Below are positions 62,633 through 64,000 of a stretch of DNA of 64,000 bases, piece after piece (the stretch's first letter is position 1; each line of letters starts with the position of its first letter). Origin of the DNA: Lama guanicoe (taxonomy: Eukaryota); the NCBI GenBank assembly GCA_013239625.1, contig MU053652.1, positions 6,563,902 to 6,627,901 of the forward strand, in the 5' to 3' direction. Below the pieces are notes generated by a model that worked only from the letters and a program-made list of their open reading frames with translations, was not told the DNA's origin and did no database searches. A program made the translations under genes and the position numbers.

Positions 62633-63638
62633 GTTCAGCCTTCACCCTGACCAAACGACAACCAAAGTTGGGTACTACTGACTCAACTAAGTGGATAGTT
62701 GGCTCAACATATTGACTGTCTAGCTCACCTTCCCATTAGATTTTCAAGGATTGTTTTTTTTCTTTTGAGTTTCAGACATTTTAGATAATGAGCCTGTACA
62801 AAGTATTTGGAGTTTAATGCAAAGAAATTTATTCTGGATAAATTAACTTCAGGCAGGATTTAACACATGCAGTAAAATTGAATCTGTACATAAAATACAT
62901 TGTGAAAAATGGGAGCCATGAATAGGTACTATTTTAATAGCTATTCATTTCTAATAAAAAAAGAACCCTATGGGCTTAATAAATACACAAAATATTATTG
63001 AATCATAAAGGGGCTAATTAGTTTTGTGAATTTAAAGTGCTGTGCTTGCACATGAAAACTAATTACTGATTATTTGCAGCTCTGAATTAAGTATTTTTTT
63101 CACATGCTATTCTGATATTTGTAAACCTAAATTTACCAGGAGTTGGAGGCATTTCCCTGGCATCCAGATTTCAAACATTCAGTCAGTAAATAATTTTACT
63201 ATTTACCATATGTATTTCCCCCTCAAGTATAATCACCAACAAATATAATCTCAAATCTTTAAGAAACACCTTATGTTTATTCTTTGCCAGAATTACACAA
63301 CATAGAGTCTAATCTAACTTTGATATATGACACATTAGCTGTAGTGTTTTAATTAACACCAGCAGAATTCTGGCAATTGCATCTCAGAGCATTCAGCTAG
63401 CTGAGTTTTAACTCCACACATATGTCCCAATCAATTATAAACACAGCACAAATATTTGAATAAAAAAGAAATAAATCATTTACTTGTATATTATTTCTAA
63501 TGGAAATAGGGGGAAAAACGTATGAAATTAACCAAATAAACACGACTGAGTCACCAAAAAATAAAGCCACATAAAATACTATTTGTAAAAATGGGCATTT
63601 ATTTTATGCAATATGTATCAGTCTCAAAAAGCTAGCAT

Positions 63639-64000
63639 TGCTGAAGGAGTCACAAAATGGCTTCCTTGATGCTAAGACAGTTTACAGAGTTCACTGTGAT
63701 CGATTCATTTGTTTTCTCAGAGTTCTTTCTGACTAACCTGTTTTCTCCCCTTGCTACTGCTATGGTTTAACTTGCTTGAATGATTATTTGCTTAGCAACC
63801 CCAACCCTATGATTTACGCCCTACCCTACATAACGTGTATCCAAAACCCAGAAGCTATTTTCCAGAAAGCCAGATCCTCCAAAAGCCCCAGTGACACCAG
63901 AGGGATCAGACCTCATAACGCCAAAGCCTCGGGCAATGACCTACTCAGTGGACCACCAGAAGTTCCCCTGACACAAGATAAACTCTTGTAAAAGACTCTA
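63639..64000 (+). mobile_element. Possible 5' part of an ERV LTR running off the window edge
   Basis: Abrupt shift from AT-rich to C-rich sequence starting TG (TGCTGAAGGAGTCACAAAATGGCTTCCTTGATGCTAAG), with U3-like composition. Family not recognised. Confidence 0.4.

Noticed and set aside
1..64000. The many 60-130 aa ORFs in the ORF track as host genes
   Set aside because: They are short, many lack a true ATG start, most overlap decayed L1/LTR sequence or low-complexity DNA, and none resembles a cellular protein I recognise. Only the Tigger1, ERV-L and L1 relics are assignable.

Overview
AT-rich, CpG-depleted mammalian genomic DNA, almost certainly from a camelid (camel/llama/alpaca), based on a Vic-1-type tRNA-derived SINE at ~3130-3303. 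I find no recognisable host protein-coding exon, CpG island, RNA gene or CRISPR array, so the window reads as intergenic or deep-intronic. Much of it is decayed interspersed repeat. This includes old L1s (L1MB/MD/ME-like), a younger L1 that keeps its 5'UTR, ORF1 and the start of ORF2 but lacks its 3' end, and an MLT2/ERV-L provirus remnant with gag-pro-RT-IN-dUTPase relics. It also includes a near full-length Tigger1, several MaLR (MLT1) solo LTRs, and MER5/MER33/MER81, L2 and MIR fragments. The only ORF-track peptides I can assign are transposon relics (Tigger1 transposase, ERV-L pol). The most notable structural features are an ~88-bp direct repeat flanking a short L1 insertion, a recent 122/109-bp tandem duplication, a perfect 21-bp inverted repeat 640 bp apart, a few exon-like segments with good splice signals, and some candidate enhancer patches. 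I do not see evidence for a novel biological system. Repeat subfamily names come from recalled consensus sequences and boundaries are approximate; both need RepeatMasker/Dfam confirmation.
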